From Eremomyces bilateralis CBS 781.70 (lineage: Eukaryota), in assembly GCA_010015585.1 (NCBI GenBank), contig ML975154.1: 64,000 nucleotides of DNA. One strand, written 5' to 3'. How positions within the stretch are numbered: the first letter of the stretch is position 1; each line of letters opens with the position of its first letter. Below, piece by piece: positions 51,089 through 64,000 of this stretch. A program made the translations under genes and the position numbers. The notes under the pieces were generated by a model. It saw only the letters and a list, made by a program, of their open reading frames with translations, searched no databases and was not told the DNA's origin.

Positions 51089-54000
51089 TCAGCTGCTGCA
51101 CGAGCGCGAGAGCGGCTGCTCCGCCGAGTCCGTCGAGTCGGGAGCCAGCAGCGCCGGGCTCCCCTGCGAGGGCTTGGTGTCGGTGCGCACGCGGGCCTCG
51201 AGCTGCGGGCGCTTGGACGAGCCGTTGGTGGAGGACTCGTCGGAGGTGAGGGCGGTGGGGTTGGGGGAGGGAATGTTGGAGATGCGGGGATCGGCGTTGC
51301 TTTGCTCGAGGAGGGGACCGCCGAGGGTAGCGCATTTGAGGATCGTTTGGGTGAGTTGGTCTTCTTTGAGGGGCTTGGAGAGGTATTCCTGGAACGGTAA
51401 GTTATGGGGAGTTAGAAGAGGGGGGCTGGGGTGCACCTACGTCCATGCCTGCGGTGATGCATTTCTCACGATCACCGACCATGGCGTGGGCGGTGAGGGC
51501 GATGATGGGAGAGCGGGTCAAGCCGTTATCGCGCTCGAAATCTCTGATTTTGGCCGTGGCCTCGAAGCCACCCTGAACAATCGTTAGCATCAATCTTACT
51601 ATCTACTCCCGTAGATTACTTACCATGACGGGCATCTGCACGTCCATGAGCACGACATCGTAGCGGTGCTTCTTGATGTACTCCAGCGCCTCCGCTCCGT
51701 TGTTCGCCACCGTCACCGTGTGATGGTATTTGTCCAGGATGCGGACCGCCAGCATCTGATTGACCCCGTTGTCCTCCGCGAGCAGCACGCTGAACGATTT
51801 CGAATGATCTCGGACCGACGGCGCCGCGCGGCCTTCCAACGCGGGGATGAGCGCGTTGCCCAGATCGATCGCCTCGCACGGCGTGGTCATGTAGCTCGCG
51901 ATGCCGTCCTCGAGGGCCGACTTGAACGTGATGGAGATGATGGGCGTGACCATGACGAAGGGGATGTATTTGAACTTCTCGAAGTCGCGCAGCTTGCGCG
52001 CGGTGTGGTTGCAATCGACCAGCACGCAGTCGAAGGCGCGGCCCTTGGTGCCGGGCACCTCCCAGCTGATGCTCTTGTCGTCGCGGACGACGTACGGGAC
52101 GAGCTGCAGCTTTTTGAGGTGCGCGACGATCAGGTCCGTGCAGCCGGTGTGGCCTTTGTCGATAAAGAGAACGGGGTGCCCGAGGTACGGCGCCAGCTTC
52201 GGGAACACCAATGTGAGGTCGGGCGACGCGAGTCGCACCTTGCAAGTGAAGTTGAAGGTACTGCCTTTGCCGTACTCGGACTCGACCCACATGCGGCCGC
52301 CCATGAGGTTGACCAGCTTTCGCGAGATGGACAATCCCAGCCCGGTGCCGCCGAACTTCCGCGTCGTCGAGCCGTCCGCCTGCTGGAAGGTGTCGAAGAT
52401 CAGGTTGAGCTTGTCTTTGTGGATGCCGATGCCGGTGTCTTGCACCGTGAACTCGATCATCCGCTCGCCCGTCCCGACGTTCGGCCCGGCGACGTCTGCT
52501 GACGCTAGGCTGATCACCACCTTCACCTGGCCGTCCTCGGTGAACTTGATCGCATTGCCAACCAAATTCAGGATGATCTGGCGCAGCCGGAAATAGTCAC
52601 CGATGACAAAATCGGGGACGGTGTTGTCGACTTGATACGCCAGATTGATGGACCGCTCGTTCGCGCGGGTGGTTAACGACTTCAACGCGTTGAACACCGT
52701 GCTCCGCAGCGAGAATTCGATTTCCTCCATCGTCATTCGGTTGGCTTCGATCTTGGAGATATCCAGGATGTCGTCGATAATGGTCAGTAACTGATTCGCT
52801 AGATTGTGGACGATGGTCAGCATCTCGCGTTGGTAATTCGTCAAGTCCGTGTCGAGCGCCAACTGGGTCATCCCGATGATGCCGTTCATGGGGGTTCGAA
52901 TCTCGTGGCTCATGTTCGCTAAAAACTCCGACTTCGTCTTGTTCGCCAACTCGGCGTTCTCCCTAGCCGCCGTGTTCCGCTCGATGCTATCCCGCAACTT
53001 GCCCACCATCTGGTTGATCTTCCGCTTCAGCTCGTCCATCTCGCCGGATGCCTCGATGCTGATCTGCGTGAACTTGCCCTCCGTCGCGGCGTTGGTGATG
53101 TCGCCGAACGCGCGCACCTGCGACGTCAAGTTCTGCGCCATGGTGTTGACGTCGAGGGTGATCTCCTTCCAGCGGCCCGCGATATCCCGCGTCTCGGCCT
53201 GTCCGCCCATCTTCCCGTCGACGCCGACCTCGCGCGCGACGCGCTTGACGCTCAGCGACCAGTTGTCCAGCCGCGTCACCATGTCGTTGATGGTGTCTTT
53301 CAGAAGAAGGATCTCGCCTTGCGCGGGCACTTCCACGCGGCGGCTCATGTCTCCGCGCGCGATGGCCTGCGTGACGTCGGAAATACTGCGCACCTGGGTA
53401 GTCAGGTTGCGAGCCATCGTGTTGACGTTGTCGGTGAGGTCTTTCCATTTGCCTTCGACATTTTCCACCACGGCCTGGCCGCCCAGGAGTCCTTCGGTTC
53501 CGACTTCGCGCGCGACCTTGCTCACCTCGAATGCGAAGGCATTCAAGCGGTCCACCATGGTGTTGATCGTATCCTTGAGCACCAGTATTTCTCCTTGCAC
53601 CTCAGCGGTGACCTTCTGGGTCAGGTCGCCTCGCGCGACAGCGGTCGTGACTTCGGCGATTTCTCGCACCTGGGTGGTAAGATTCATGGCCATGCCATTA
53701 ACGCTCTCCGTGAGATGTTTCCAGGTTCCTTCGACCCCATGCACCGTCGCCTGGCCACCGAGCCGTCCCTCCGTACCGACTTCTCGCGCAATCTTCGTGA
53801 CTTCCTGCGCAAACTGCTGCAGTTGATCCACCATAGAGTTGATTGTGGTTTTAAGCTGCAAGATCTCGCCCTTGCAGTCCGCTTGGACTTTTCTCGTCAA
53901 GTTCCCTTTCGCCACGGCCGTCGTCACCTCGGCGATGTCTCGCACTTGGGTGGTCAAATTGTTCGCCATGGCGTTCACGCTCACCGTTAGGTCGTTCCAC

Positions 54001-55205
54001 ATGCCTTGCACGCCTTCGATTTGGGCCTGTCCGCCGAGGACTCCCTCTGTTCCGACATCACGGGCGACTTTGGTGACTTCCGTTGCGAAGGACCGCAATT
54101 GGTCCACCATGACGTTAATGGTCTGCTGCAGTTCAAGTATTTCTCCACGGGCGGGTCGTTCGATCTTGCGACTGAGGTCACCGTGGGCGACGGACGAGGT
54201 AACGGTGGCGATCTCACGCACTTGGTCGGTCAGGTTCTGGGCCATCAAGTTGACTGTATGTAATTAGCGCAATGCGAAGGACCATTGTTTTCAAGACTCA
54301 CCATTCTCGGTCAGTTCTGCCCAGATCCCGCGAACGCCGGGGACTTGCGCCTGGCCACCCAATACGCCATCGGTACCGACTTCTTTCGCCAAACGTGTGA
54401 CTTCCTGGGCGAATTGCAACAATTGATCCACCATGCTGTTGATGGTGCGCTTGAACGATGTGATTTCCGGATCCATCTCTTTGGCATAAACAATAACTTT
54501 TTTGCTCAAATCGCCATTGGCGACGGCGGTGACGATGGTTCCGATCTCCCGTAGCGATTTCTGGAACGCGAAGTTGGCCTGCTGGTGCTTCTGCAGCTCC
54601 CGCTTCATGGTTCCGATGTCCTCGATACCATGCTTCAGCGTGACCTCCTGGTCGGTTTTCTGCTGCAATATCTGCGCCGACAGGTGCTCGATCTGCTCGC
54701 GTTGGATCTTGATCTGGTCCGCCTGCTTGTCCACATGATGCCGGATATACCCCAGTTCCTGCTCGCCGACGGGCCCGACACGATCGGCGCTGATCCCTCC
54801 CTCCTTCGATGACAGCCAGTTGTTCACCCACGCGGCACGCTGGTCTTTCGATGCGGCGGGGCTCGGGCGGGCCGGTGCCAGCTCACCGTTCCGCCCGATC
54901 TCCGACGTGGGGGCGGCGGTATCATTGTGGAACGGGGATGGAAGGCCGGGTTCGCCGGGTGTGATGGGGAACGACTTGTCGTGAGCGACGGCCTTCGCTT
55001 CCAGGAGATTCACGCGGGCGGCCAACGCAGCGAGTTCGTGCTCGATGGCTCTCTTCTCGTCTGTGTCGGGGCCAGGCAGATGGATATTGGCGGCGCCGCC
55101 ATTACCGACCGGAGCGCCAAAGGACGCGGCGCTGGCCGGGTCATACTGTTTGGCGAGGTTGGAAAGGAAGTGGAGCAGAGCCTGTGATGCCTCGAGATGA
55201 GGCAT
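51089..55205 (-). CDS. nik1: Group III hybrid histidine kinase (poly-HAMP osmosensor); introns 54301-54254, 51623-51573 and 51440-51389
   Basis: Six HAMP-type repeats with ~92-aa periodicity, H-box [18 protein letters not shown]1/F/G2 boxes ([33 protein letters not shown]) and receiver LLAEDN...VLMDVQMP...YLSKP. Same architecture as Os-1/NikA/Bos1. Confidence 0.97.
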
Positions 55206-56323
55206 GGTGATGCCTGTGGGGAGAAAAATCGGTCGGAGATGGCTATGCCAGCATTGGGGTGGTTACGGGTGATTTCGCCTGACGTTGAGAAGCTTTCGGC
55301 TGTACCGGAACCGATTTCCCCGTGGTTATTCGTCCTGAGGGACGTCGAGATAGGCAGATTGAGGCTCCTGGTTGACTTTGAGGTCGTGGAAGAACCTGGG
55401 CACCTGGTGGATGGAGCGGGGCGGGGGCGTGGGTTACAAAGCTGCCCCTTGGGTAACCCTGAGGGTGTCGGGCGACACGGTCAGCGACGGAGAAGATAGC
55501 TGTCAGGATGAGTCAGATAGCGACGTTGTCGATGGGAGGGGGTCAAATGGAGAGTGGATGGGTGTCGGGCGATAGCACCAGGGAGATATGGAGGATTATG
55601 GACGATGGAAAAGAAAGGTTGACATGCAACAAGTAGTCAGGCGTAGAAGAGAGATCCAGTGAGGAGGTTAGGACGGGGAATAGTTTGCTGATTTGCTAGT
55701 GGCTCCTGGTAGTTGGTAGTTGGAGGCGAGTGAACGAGGGAGATCGGAGGATCAGAGGTTCAGAGATCAGAGAGAGTTTAGTGCGGACAGTGGAGAGTTC
55801 CTAGTTAGTAGGGACTTGAGGGAATGGACTGGACTGTGCTCGGCAGTCAGGTGGTGTGTGTGGGCAGTGGGAGGTGGGTGGTCTGGTGGCTGTTAGAGTC
55901 CGCAAGCTTATTAATCCTGTTCAGCAATAAATGTGAGCCATCTCAACACACTTAACAGTTCGCATTTAACAGCTTGAATTCTCCAGAAGGGGTTATTAAT
56001 ATTGTAGAGTGAGATATTGGATTGGAGCAGAGCATCGCCAATCGTGGTTGGTGGTAACGTACTTTGGGGTGTAGAGTTAAACTAACTATAAACTGCAGTA
56101 ATTACTAGAGACCTCCGCTTACTCATGACCGTCTAGCATGGAAGTAGCAGCGTATCGCCCCTATGAACTCGTCGCATATCCCATAGGAAATCCGATCTAT
56201 TTGTCTGGAAATGGCTGGATTGTTATATACAGGCTTAAATAGCCTCAATACCTACTGCATAGAAGGAGAACATAAGGTATGGCATAGAGATTAACTTACG
56301 AGTCTCGAGTATCAAAACCCGTT

Positions 56324-56385
56324 AAGGCACAGGGCACAAAGGCGCTAAGGCATGGAGGCACAAAGGCTCCAAGGCACACAGGCAC
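56324..56385 (+). promoter_or_regulatory. Degenerate 8-bp tandem array (consensus AAGGCACA, 8 copies, 5 with perfect AGGCA)
   Basis: Cores at 56325, 56332, 56340, 56348, 56356, 56364, 56372 and 56380; about 1.1 kb upstream of the nik1 ATG. Confidence 0.55.
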
Positions 56386-58925
56386 CAACAACGCCTTACC
56401 TTACCTACAGCTAAGCCTTGGGTCCAGACTCTGATGGCCTCCGCCTTCCTCCGCTCCGCCCTGACCGTCTCTCCTCTACGCTCGTTTCAAATTTCCAAAA
56501 TTCAAACGGCTTGAAAGTCTGAAACTGCATTTGTATATATCCAGTCCCATCAAGATCCACGAGTCCAGGCCCTTCCATGTTTAGGAAAGGTGGTGTCCGA
56601 CTCCGGGTCGCACCAGACGGGGGTGCCCCTGAGGGGGTGGCAAAGCCGACGAAGGAGGACGCAGCAGAACAGATGACAGAACAACAGAAGACCGGCCTGG
56701 AGCATCGGAGATTCACAGGTGGCGGGTACAATATCAATAGCGGGCCCCTCCCGAACCCCGAGGGCGGAATTCCATGTTTGAGTTGTGCTACTGTGCCTCG
56801 TCCAGTCCGTGACAGCTTGGACAATGGGAGGTTCATATGGTTTGGTTATTGCTGTAATTCTTAGAGGGATGATACGGAGCGATGAAATCACTCAGGCACT
56901 TCTCAGTTCCCCTTCCAATAAAGTCCCTCATCCCATTGTCAATAGTTGCCGAACATCCTAACTCTGCTCGCGGCTGACCCGGAGACGGTTACACACCCCT
57001 CTCTTAGCGACAGGAGAATTCTTCGGCGGGGCTCAACGTAGCCATAGTCATAACTCATACCAACGCCACCGCCTAAATGCCTCCCTCCCGCCTCTCACCC
57101 ACCAAAGCCTCAACGGTCACCAATAAAGCACCTAGCATCTACAAATTCCCAACCCTCGGATCCCTCCCCTCCCTCCCAGCAATCCAGCGCCCCTTTCCCT
57201 AATTCCCTTCCGTAATTGACGTCGCCTTCGCCACTCTTCCCACGCCCATCACGCCCCTAAAATCTCCATGAAACATGTTTGGCATCCAAAGCGGCCCATC
57301 GCACGGTCGATCCGCGTCCTTCGCGTCGGGTCGACCGCCTTAGTTCGCGGAGATCGGGTCGTCGTGGCGCGCTCGTCGCAATAATCGCCAGCCACGGCGA
57401 TTGCCCGCTAATACCCAGCCGGTCGAAACGCCCATCTGGCATCTCCACTGGTCGCCGCGCTATGACAGGCGGTTGGCGATGATTGGCGCGCTCAGTGCGC
57501 GGGACCGTTTGTCGAGAAAGATGCCGTCGTGCTTCCGGATGCCTGGTCGTTCCAGTTGTCAGTTGTCAGTTATCTAAGGCGTTTTGGCACGCAAACATCT
57601 GAGGAGATGACACGACCGGATGTGCAGGCCCGTCGCACGAGTCTGGTTGATAGCTGTCAATATGTATGTTGTCGTTTTTCCGAATTACGCGCAACTGCCG
57701 CAAGTGTCACGGGCAAGATTAGACCCGAGTCGAGACTCGAGCAAGTCCAGACCCGGGATCAGGAATGGGGATCTCTGGTCGGCTTGTGAATTGCGATGCA
57801 GACGACTGGCGCTGGTTGGTGGCTGGCTGTCGCTCGAGACGAAAGGGGAAATGATCGGCGAGTTGGGGACAGGGTTCTAGCAGCTCAGGGTAGCACTGCA
57901 GGAGTATCAGAATTCATATGTCTCTCAATCCTCAGTGAGAGTCTCAAACTCTCAATTGGGTTATGCGAGGTATCGATACTAGAAGACCTGCGTAGTGGCG
58001 TAGAGCGTCTCCTCTATCATCCCCTTTATCCTTAGTAACACTGCCTTATCCCCCCAATCCACTGTTTCCGTCCTCCTTAATGGAGATCTTCGTCTATCAG
58101 TTTCAGGTTCTTGATGATCCAAAGACATAAACCAAGCCGTTTTCGCTCTTCGTAGCTACTTCGCATATCTCACTCGCGTAATTCGTCCATTGTAGTACCC
58201 AATGGATAAATGTTAAGCACCAGCTGCTTCTCGCCTAAGATGTCCCTTTCCATTCCCAGGATCGGCTTGGTGATCGGTACCTACCACACCTATCCAATGA
58301 AACCTCCACTGCCGTGCTCGCTTCCGGACATGGCGACTGGCGAGACTGATGGATTTCCCCATCACCAACAGGCGCCAGTCCGCCCCCCAAATCCGGACGC
58401 AGGGAATGTGCTATGGCCTATGGATGCTCACGACAGTCTAGGTGACCTTGGCTGCGCGCTGCCGTGACCCTATGATCGACGTACCGTGACCGCGATACAA
58501 GAGTGACAAGTGACCTCACCCGCGACACGTCCGAGAATAATCGAGTCAGTCCGGCAGTGTGGCAGCGGAGAAAGGTCGATCGTAATCGAATCGTGCCCGT
58601 GGCGCGCGGTTTCAGGCCCCTGGATGACGTCAAGCGAGGAGGAGGGGGGATTTCATAAAAATGTTTCGACGCGGAAGTTTCCCAAGGGGCTGGGACGCGT
58701 TGTGGTTTGTTGATGGGATTGGCGAGATGGGTGCTTGGAGTGAATCTGCATGACGAGCATGCGCTGATGCGAAGTGACGAAAGGGCGTTCTCGAGCCGCT
58801 CAGTGTGTGCTACCGAAGAGTGAAGCAGGAGTAATCCAACAATTCAGTCATATGAGTAGGTATATGGAACTAAAGCAGCCTCGAGGGAATTCCAAAATCT
58901 TCCAAGACTTCCCCTCCGCTCTTCC

Positions 58926-60827
58926 TCATGATCTCTCCCCCTTCTCCTCCGCCAACCCCACCACATCTACCCACGCCCCCGCCCTCTGCCGTCCCCCTTC
59001 CCACCCCTCCCTCAGCCACCCCTCCCCATCAAACCCCCACCGAATCAACTCCTCCTCTGCCCCCCACTCCCCCATCCCCATCAACCCTACCGGGATATCC
59101 CCCTGCCCCGTCCCCGGCGCCACATACCCCACCGGCATCGACAGCGCCGGACACCCCGTGAAGTTCGCCAACCACACGTACTCCATGTTCCGAATACTCC
59201 GATCCCCATCGCTCACCCCGTCGCTCAGATCCCCATCCCCAATCGCCCACCCCGCCAGTGGCGTCGTCGGAGTCACGATGATCAACCCCGGATGCGCGCG
59301 GTACAGATGCGCCAGATGCTGCATCAGCGCGTTTCGCACCCGCTGCGCCGCGAGGAGGTCCTGCGCCCGCGCCCGCCCCGCCACCGCGAGCAGCACCCGG
59401 TTCGCAGGCGTGAGGTTCGTGGCCCGCGCGCTGGGGAACCCCGATGCTATCTCCGAGAGGATGGTGATCGCGTGCGCCTGCCCGCCCTCGACGAGGAACG
59501 GGATGCTGATGTCGACGAGCGAGTAGCCCTGCTGGCTGGTCATGTGGTTGAGGGCGGCCTGGCAGACGTCCCGCACGGCGGGCTCTGCGCGGTCGAACCA
59601 TGGCTTATAGATGCCAAGGAGCTTGCGTGGGGGGTCGTGGGGGCGAGCGGGGGGGAGGAAGGTGGAGGAAAGGGAGTGGGAGGGATCGGGAATGGCCATG
59701 ACGCGGTAGGCGACTTCGAGGTCAACCATGTTGGCGGCCATGGGGCCGGCGACGCTGTTGGATATGGCGAGGCTGGCGGTCGGACGGATGGAGACACGGG
59801 AGTGGGAGGTCTGAATAAGACGTAAGTCATCACGTGTTGTAAGGAGTCGCGGAACGTACTTTGAGGCCGTAGATACCGCAGAACGAGCTGGGGATGCGGA
59901 TCGAGCCGCCTCCATCGGCCCCGAGAGCGATAGGGATCAACCCGGCGCCGACCGCATATGCGCTTCCGCCTGACGAGCCGCCGGTGTAGAAGTCCGGGTT
60001 ATGAGGGTTATGAGGGGTGCCGTGATTCGGGTTGTTGTTTGTAGTATCTACACCGCCGTCAGTCTGAGTCTTCAAGTAGCTGAACGCATTCTCCTACCTA
60101 ATCCGATCTCATGCATGCTCAACTTCCCCACCACAACCGCCCCCTCCTCCTCCCACTTCGTCACGCAATAACTCGTCGCGTCCAGCGGATGCGTGTGGTC
60201 GTCCTTCGTCCCTAAGCACCGCGTGTACCCTTTCAAGTCCACCTCATCCTTCACCGCGACGGGCACCCCATCTAGGATCCCAATCGGCGTCCCCGCTTGA
60301 TACCGCTTCGTCGCCTCCTCCGCAGCCTTCCGCACCAACTCCACCTTCGTATCCATCCATGCGACGGAGTGGCTCGTCGGTTCCTCCACATCGCGTCGAA
60401 TCAACGGGAGCAGCGCCTCGGCGACATCGGTGGGGGTGAATCTCCCCTCTGTGTACGCCTTGTGGAAGTCCAAGACCGAGTAATACCTCCCGGCGCCCGC
60501 ATCCGCCTCCACGGCACCAAACTCACTCGGCCGCGTATACGTCCCCGTCTCGACCGTCGCACTCGCATCTTGCGCCGCCGGGATGACAGTAGGGTCGAAC
60601 CGGCACTCGACCGCATCCAACCCCTTCACCTCCTGCAGGCGACTGAACCCGTTGCTGTTGTAGAGGAATTGCTGGATCGCGCCGACGGAGGTGATGAGCG
60701 AGGCGCCATATCGGAGGAGGAGACCGCGGACGACGGGGTTCGTGCCGGGGGGAGGGGCGGAGAAGGGCTGGTCGGTCGCGACGGCGGGGGGGTAGTGGAT
60801 GAATTGGCGGGTTGGTGGAGAGGACAT
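58926..60827 (-). CDS. Amidase-signature family protein (FAAH/GatA-like amidase); introns 60097-60048 and 59859-59811
   Basis: [10 protein letters not shown] (catalytic Lys), TGGSSGGSA and [21 protein letters not shown] (Ser-cisSer-Lys triad), [13 protein letters not shown]. Confidence 0.93.
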
Positions 60828-61408
60828 CTTTGGAGAAGGGTGGTGGAGGTGTGTATAGGGACGACAGCTGGAGTTGAGATGCGGGACTTCAAGGTTGTCA
60901 CTTGCATGTGATACTTGCAGTCTGGGGCCCTTCAATCCAATACCACGGCAAGGTATGTAATAGAATAGTAAGAAATTTAGAGGTGGATTTTGGAAGTTAG
61001 TTCCTAAACCATATTAGAACTTCGTATGAGCTTGAAGACGGAGAGCGGTGGCATGTATATAACATGGATTCCTGATGCTGACTTAATACGGCACTGGTAT
61101 GGGCTACTACGATGCCTTATATCGCCTTGGCCATGAATTATCAACGCTCAACCCATCACGGAGTGCAGTGTAGTGTATTAGGACACAAGGATCGAGTGGA
61201 TTGTTCCCCTGACAGTACTATGTGTCCATATTCAACATGCTATCTAGCTACGCTTGTAAAAGACGCCTGAACAAGAACAAGTCGTGAGCTCTCCATACAC
61301 GATGATTTTCATACCCTCCACACCTACACCAACCCTTCTTCTCTCCTTGTTGAGCCAGCGGTAGAAGCAATTCCCACCTCGTACTTGTCGTGATCGGATT
61401 CCTCGCGT

Positions 61409-62197
61409 CTAGCGATCTTTCTTCGGGGCCTCGTCCTGAGGAGAAACTTGATCTCCCATCCGGTTGTATTCACGAGACAGGCCCTCCATCTGCTTTTTGA
61501 GGGCTTCAATGTCCCGGTCCTTCTTCGACAGCTCCTTCTTCAAGCGGCCGATGTCTCCAGCTCCCGCCGCATTGTCGAGACGCTCGGAATCCTTGGACTT
61601 GAGGGCGTCAGGGTCTCCTTTCATCCGCTTGACCTCGTCTTCCAAACGCAGGATGTCGAGGATGAAGATGTAGGTGCGGTTAAGGATTAGGGAGAGGAAG
61701 AGGGTGAAGCCGCAGAGGTACATGTTGCGTTGGGAGTAGAATTTGCGGGCTTGGACTTCGAGACGCTCGGTTCCGACAACACTACTTTCGTTAATATCGA
61801 GACATCTCAAGTTTCCCGGCTTTGTCCTTACCTTGCACGTTCGTTGCCATGGGTGAAAGAGGATACTTCCATTTGGACTCGGTAGACACGGTTGACGCTG
61901 TCGACGAAGAGGATGAGAATGAATATGAAGGTAATCTGAATCTCGTTAGCTCTGCCATTGCGTCGTTTGGTCCTCTTATCGTACCTTCAAGCCATATTGG
62001 AGCCGTGCTATGAGTGGACTTTCCGATAAGAACGTGAACATCTTTCGCTTCAACGAGTATGGCATGGGGACGATCAACAGCATGAAGAGGACCATCTCTG
62101 CCATCAGCAGGAGGAAGACCTATTAAGGTGTTAATCGGACGTTGGTCGCTGTACACTTGAACCGAATACAACGTACAAGACTGTAGTAGAGCGTCAT
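61409..62197 (-). CDS. BAP31/Yet-family ER membrane protein; introns 62176-62120, 61984-61936 and 61831-~61785
   Basis: MTLYYSLVFLLL, FILILFVDSVNRV, ARKFYSQRNMYLCGFTLFLSLIL, a coiled coil and the C-terminal KKXX ER-retrieval signal (KKDR). Confidence 0.93.
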
Positions 62198-62921
62198 CTT
62201 GCCCAGGTCAGGACCTCTGAGAAGAAGTCTGGATGAGAAGTTGCTGTACAAAAGGGCACAAAATCTTGTGCTTAAGTTCAGAGAGGAATACACAAAGGTA
62301 TTTCAAGGACAGCTTTCGGAATATTGCAAGTGAGATGAAGGACAGGTGTTTATAAGAGAAGTTGAAGTGTGAGGCTTGGTTTGCAAAGAAGGATCACGTT
62401 GCTCTCTCCATGGTCTCTGTGTGTTTACGTCACTTCCAGTCTGATCACTCAGTCAAACTCTCCAGTGTTTTCAGGGGTGCTAGTCAATCAGCCAATCAGC
62501 TGTTGATTTACAGAACCTTACCTATTCTGCAGGGTATTACTTAGTAAGCCAGTATTCAAGACATGGCACCTTGGCATAAATATGAAGAAGTGAATATGTA
62601 TTCGGAATAATATTCCAGGTGAATTTATTCTAGGAGATAATTCGTCTCCTAGTTAGAAGTTCAGGTGAAGTTAAGCGGGCAGTCATCTATTGCTCAATTG
62701 CTACTGTTCAGCTTGCTAGCCCCATCAACGCTTCGCCTCTCGCCCCTCCATAAAATTTTGACGAGATACGCAATTCTTTGCAGCTCTCACATGCAGTTAT
62801 TACTGGCGGCATTTATTCTCTACGACTGGTATTTTAGGCCGAGCGTTTAAATCATTCTTAATTTCATCCACGGGGCCTCTCCGATAAGAAACCCCATCAT
62901 CGCCTCCCTAACGTAGCAACG

Positions 62922-64000
62922 ATGGAAAATGAATCCGTCGATCACCCTGTCTTGCCAAAAGTCACTCGCGCTACGCATGGTTTGGACTCGGAAGTTCAAG
63001 AATCACCGTCGAAACGGGCCAAATTGGACAATGGAGTCTCAAACAATGACCCCAATCCTGGAACCCAACGTGAACCTGCTCCTAGAGAGAAGGGCGTCGC
63101 GCCGGTGAAAGCAGAGTACGCCCTCCATTGCCTAAAGTCATGGCAAAGCACAAATTAACTATTAGAATAGATACCTGATCTTCCCGAAACCGGAAGAAGG
63201 AATAGTCAAAGGCCGTCAAGCTGACGATGATGCCGCCGAGCTCACGGGCAACCATGAAGTGGAGCGGCATCGAGGCGAGAAGCCCCCGGCCAAGAAAGAC
63301 AAGAAGTTCAAAGATAAGAAGTCTAAAGACAAGGGGCAGAACAAAAGCCGCAAATTCGGCAGCTCACACGATGCGTTGAGGCTTTGCACCACAAGAGCGT
63401 TGTATCCCGAGTTCTCCCCTCGAGAGTGTCCTTTCGGAGAGAAGTGCAAAAACGAACACGATATCAGGAAGTACCTCGCCGAGGGAAGGCGTGGGGACCT
63501 AACTACCTTCGACGGACAGTGCCCCTTGTTCGATGAACTCAATTTCTGTTCCTATGGCTGGAAGTGCCGGTTTGTTGGATCCCACTCGAGCGAACGGACG
63601 TTAGAAGACGGGAGAAAAGAACTCTATCTAATCGACAATCGTACCGAGGAGGCCAAAAAAGCGACATCTACCGAAGATCATGAGCATGGAATCGTCAATG
63701 TCATCCCCACACAGTCGCGATTCGACCTGTCACGAAAGCGGCTCAAGACTGAGAAATCGGACATTTATCTGCAGTATCTCTCCGGCCTTGCGGACTGGAA
63801 CGAAATCCGAAGAGAGGGCGGGAAGGGGCCGGCAGATGAAGCGTCGGAGAATGGCGACGCGGAGAAGGCCGAGATCGAGGACAATCGCGCGACATACAAG
63901 GAGCCACCGTTCCGAGCGTCCGAGAAGAGGAAGCTTTATTACGGAACCGAGACGCCGATTCTTGCGCCATTGACGACCCAGGGCAACCTACCATTCCGAA
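62922..64000 (+). CDS. dus3: tRNA-dihydrouridine(47) synthase Dus3, 5' part; intron 63116-63170; runs off the window
   Basis: KGVAPVKAEYL, GQNKSR, CCCH zinc fingers (C...CPFGEKCKNEH; CP...CSYGWKCRFVGSH) and LAPLTTQGNLPFR at the window end. Confidence 0.93.

Noticed and set aside
54030..54050. [10 protein letters not shown] in HAMP repeat 2 of Nik1, near known dicarboximide-resistance positions
   Set aside because: Val for Ile is conservative and, as I recall, is found in wild-type orthologues; not evidence of resistance.
62630..62652. 8-bp-stem hairpin CTAGGAGA-N7-TCTCCTAG in the BAP31/dus3 intergenic region
   Set aside because: Short enough to arise by chance; no tRNA or snoRNA features around it.
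1..64000. CRISPR arrays, tRNA/rRNA genes, LTRs, secondary-metabolite cluster
   Set aside because: No repeat-spacer arrays, cloverleaf or rRNA signatures, or long direct repeats were seen by eye. The only NRPS-like sequence is the broken LYS2 fragment.

Overview
Eukaryotic DNA from a filamentous ascomycete (Pezizomycotina-type): short GT-AG introns with CTRAY branch sites and GC-rich core genes. Spliced models were built by hand for 17 protein-coding genes: Pcl1-type cyclin (partial), OTT_1508-like deaminase, an 85-aa spliced microprotein missed by the ORF track, Swa2/auxilin, Urc4/DUF1688, PQ-loop transporter, acyl-CoA dehydrogenase, a Pro/Tyr-rich unknown protein, nucleotide-sugar transporter, UDP-glucose dehydrogenase, Gtr1, WW protein, Yar1, an APC permease, a helical-N-terminus unknown protein, Nik1/Os-1 histidine kinase and amidase. 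Yet/BAP31 and Dus3 (partial) bring the total to 19. Accessory patches between the core genes hold three pseudogenes (an internal LYS2 fragment, a RIP-like decayed unknown gene and an APH-kinase relic) and a 394-bp MITE with perfect 38-bp TIRs. The best leads are the intact zinc-dependent nucleic-acid deaminase next to the mutated LYS2 fragment, the head-to-head pair of a permease and a possibly HeLo/SesA-like protein, the MITE, the UDP-GlcA synthesis/transport pair, an ~1.8-kb AUG-depleted cyclin leader and an 8-bp-phased AGGCA array upstream of the osmosensing kinase. Family names come from motif recognition only; no database search was run. No tRNA, rRNA or CRISPR array was seen.
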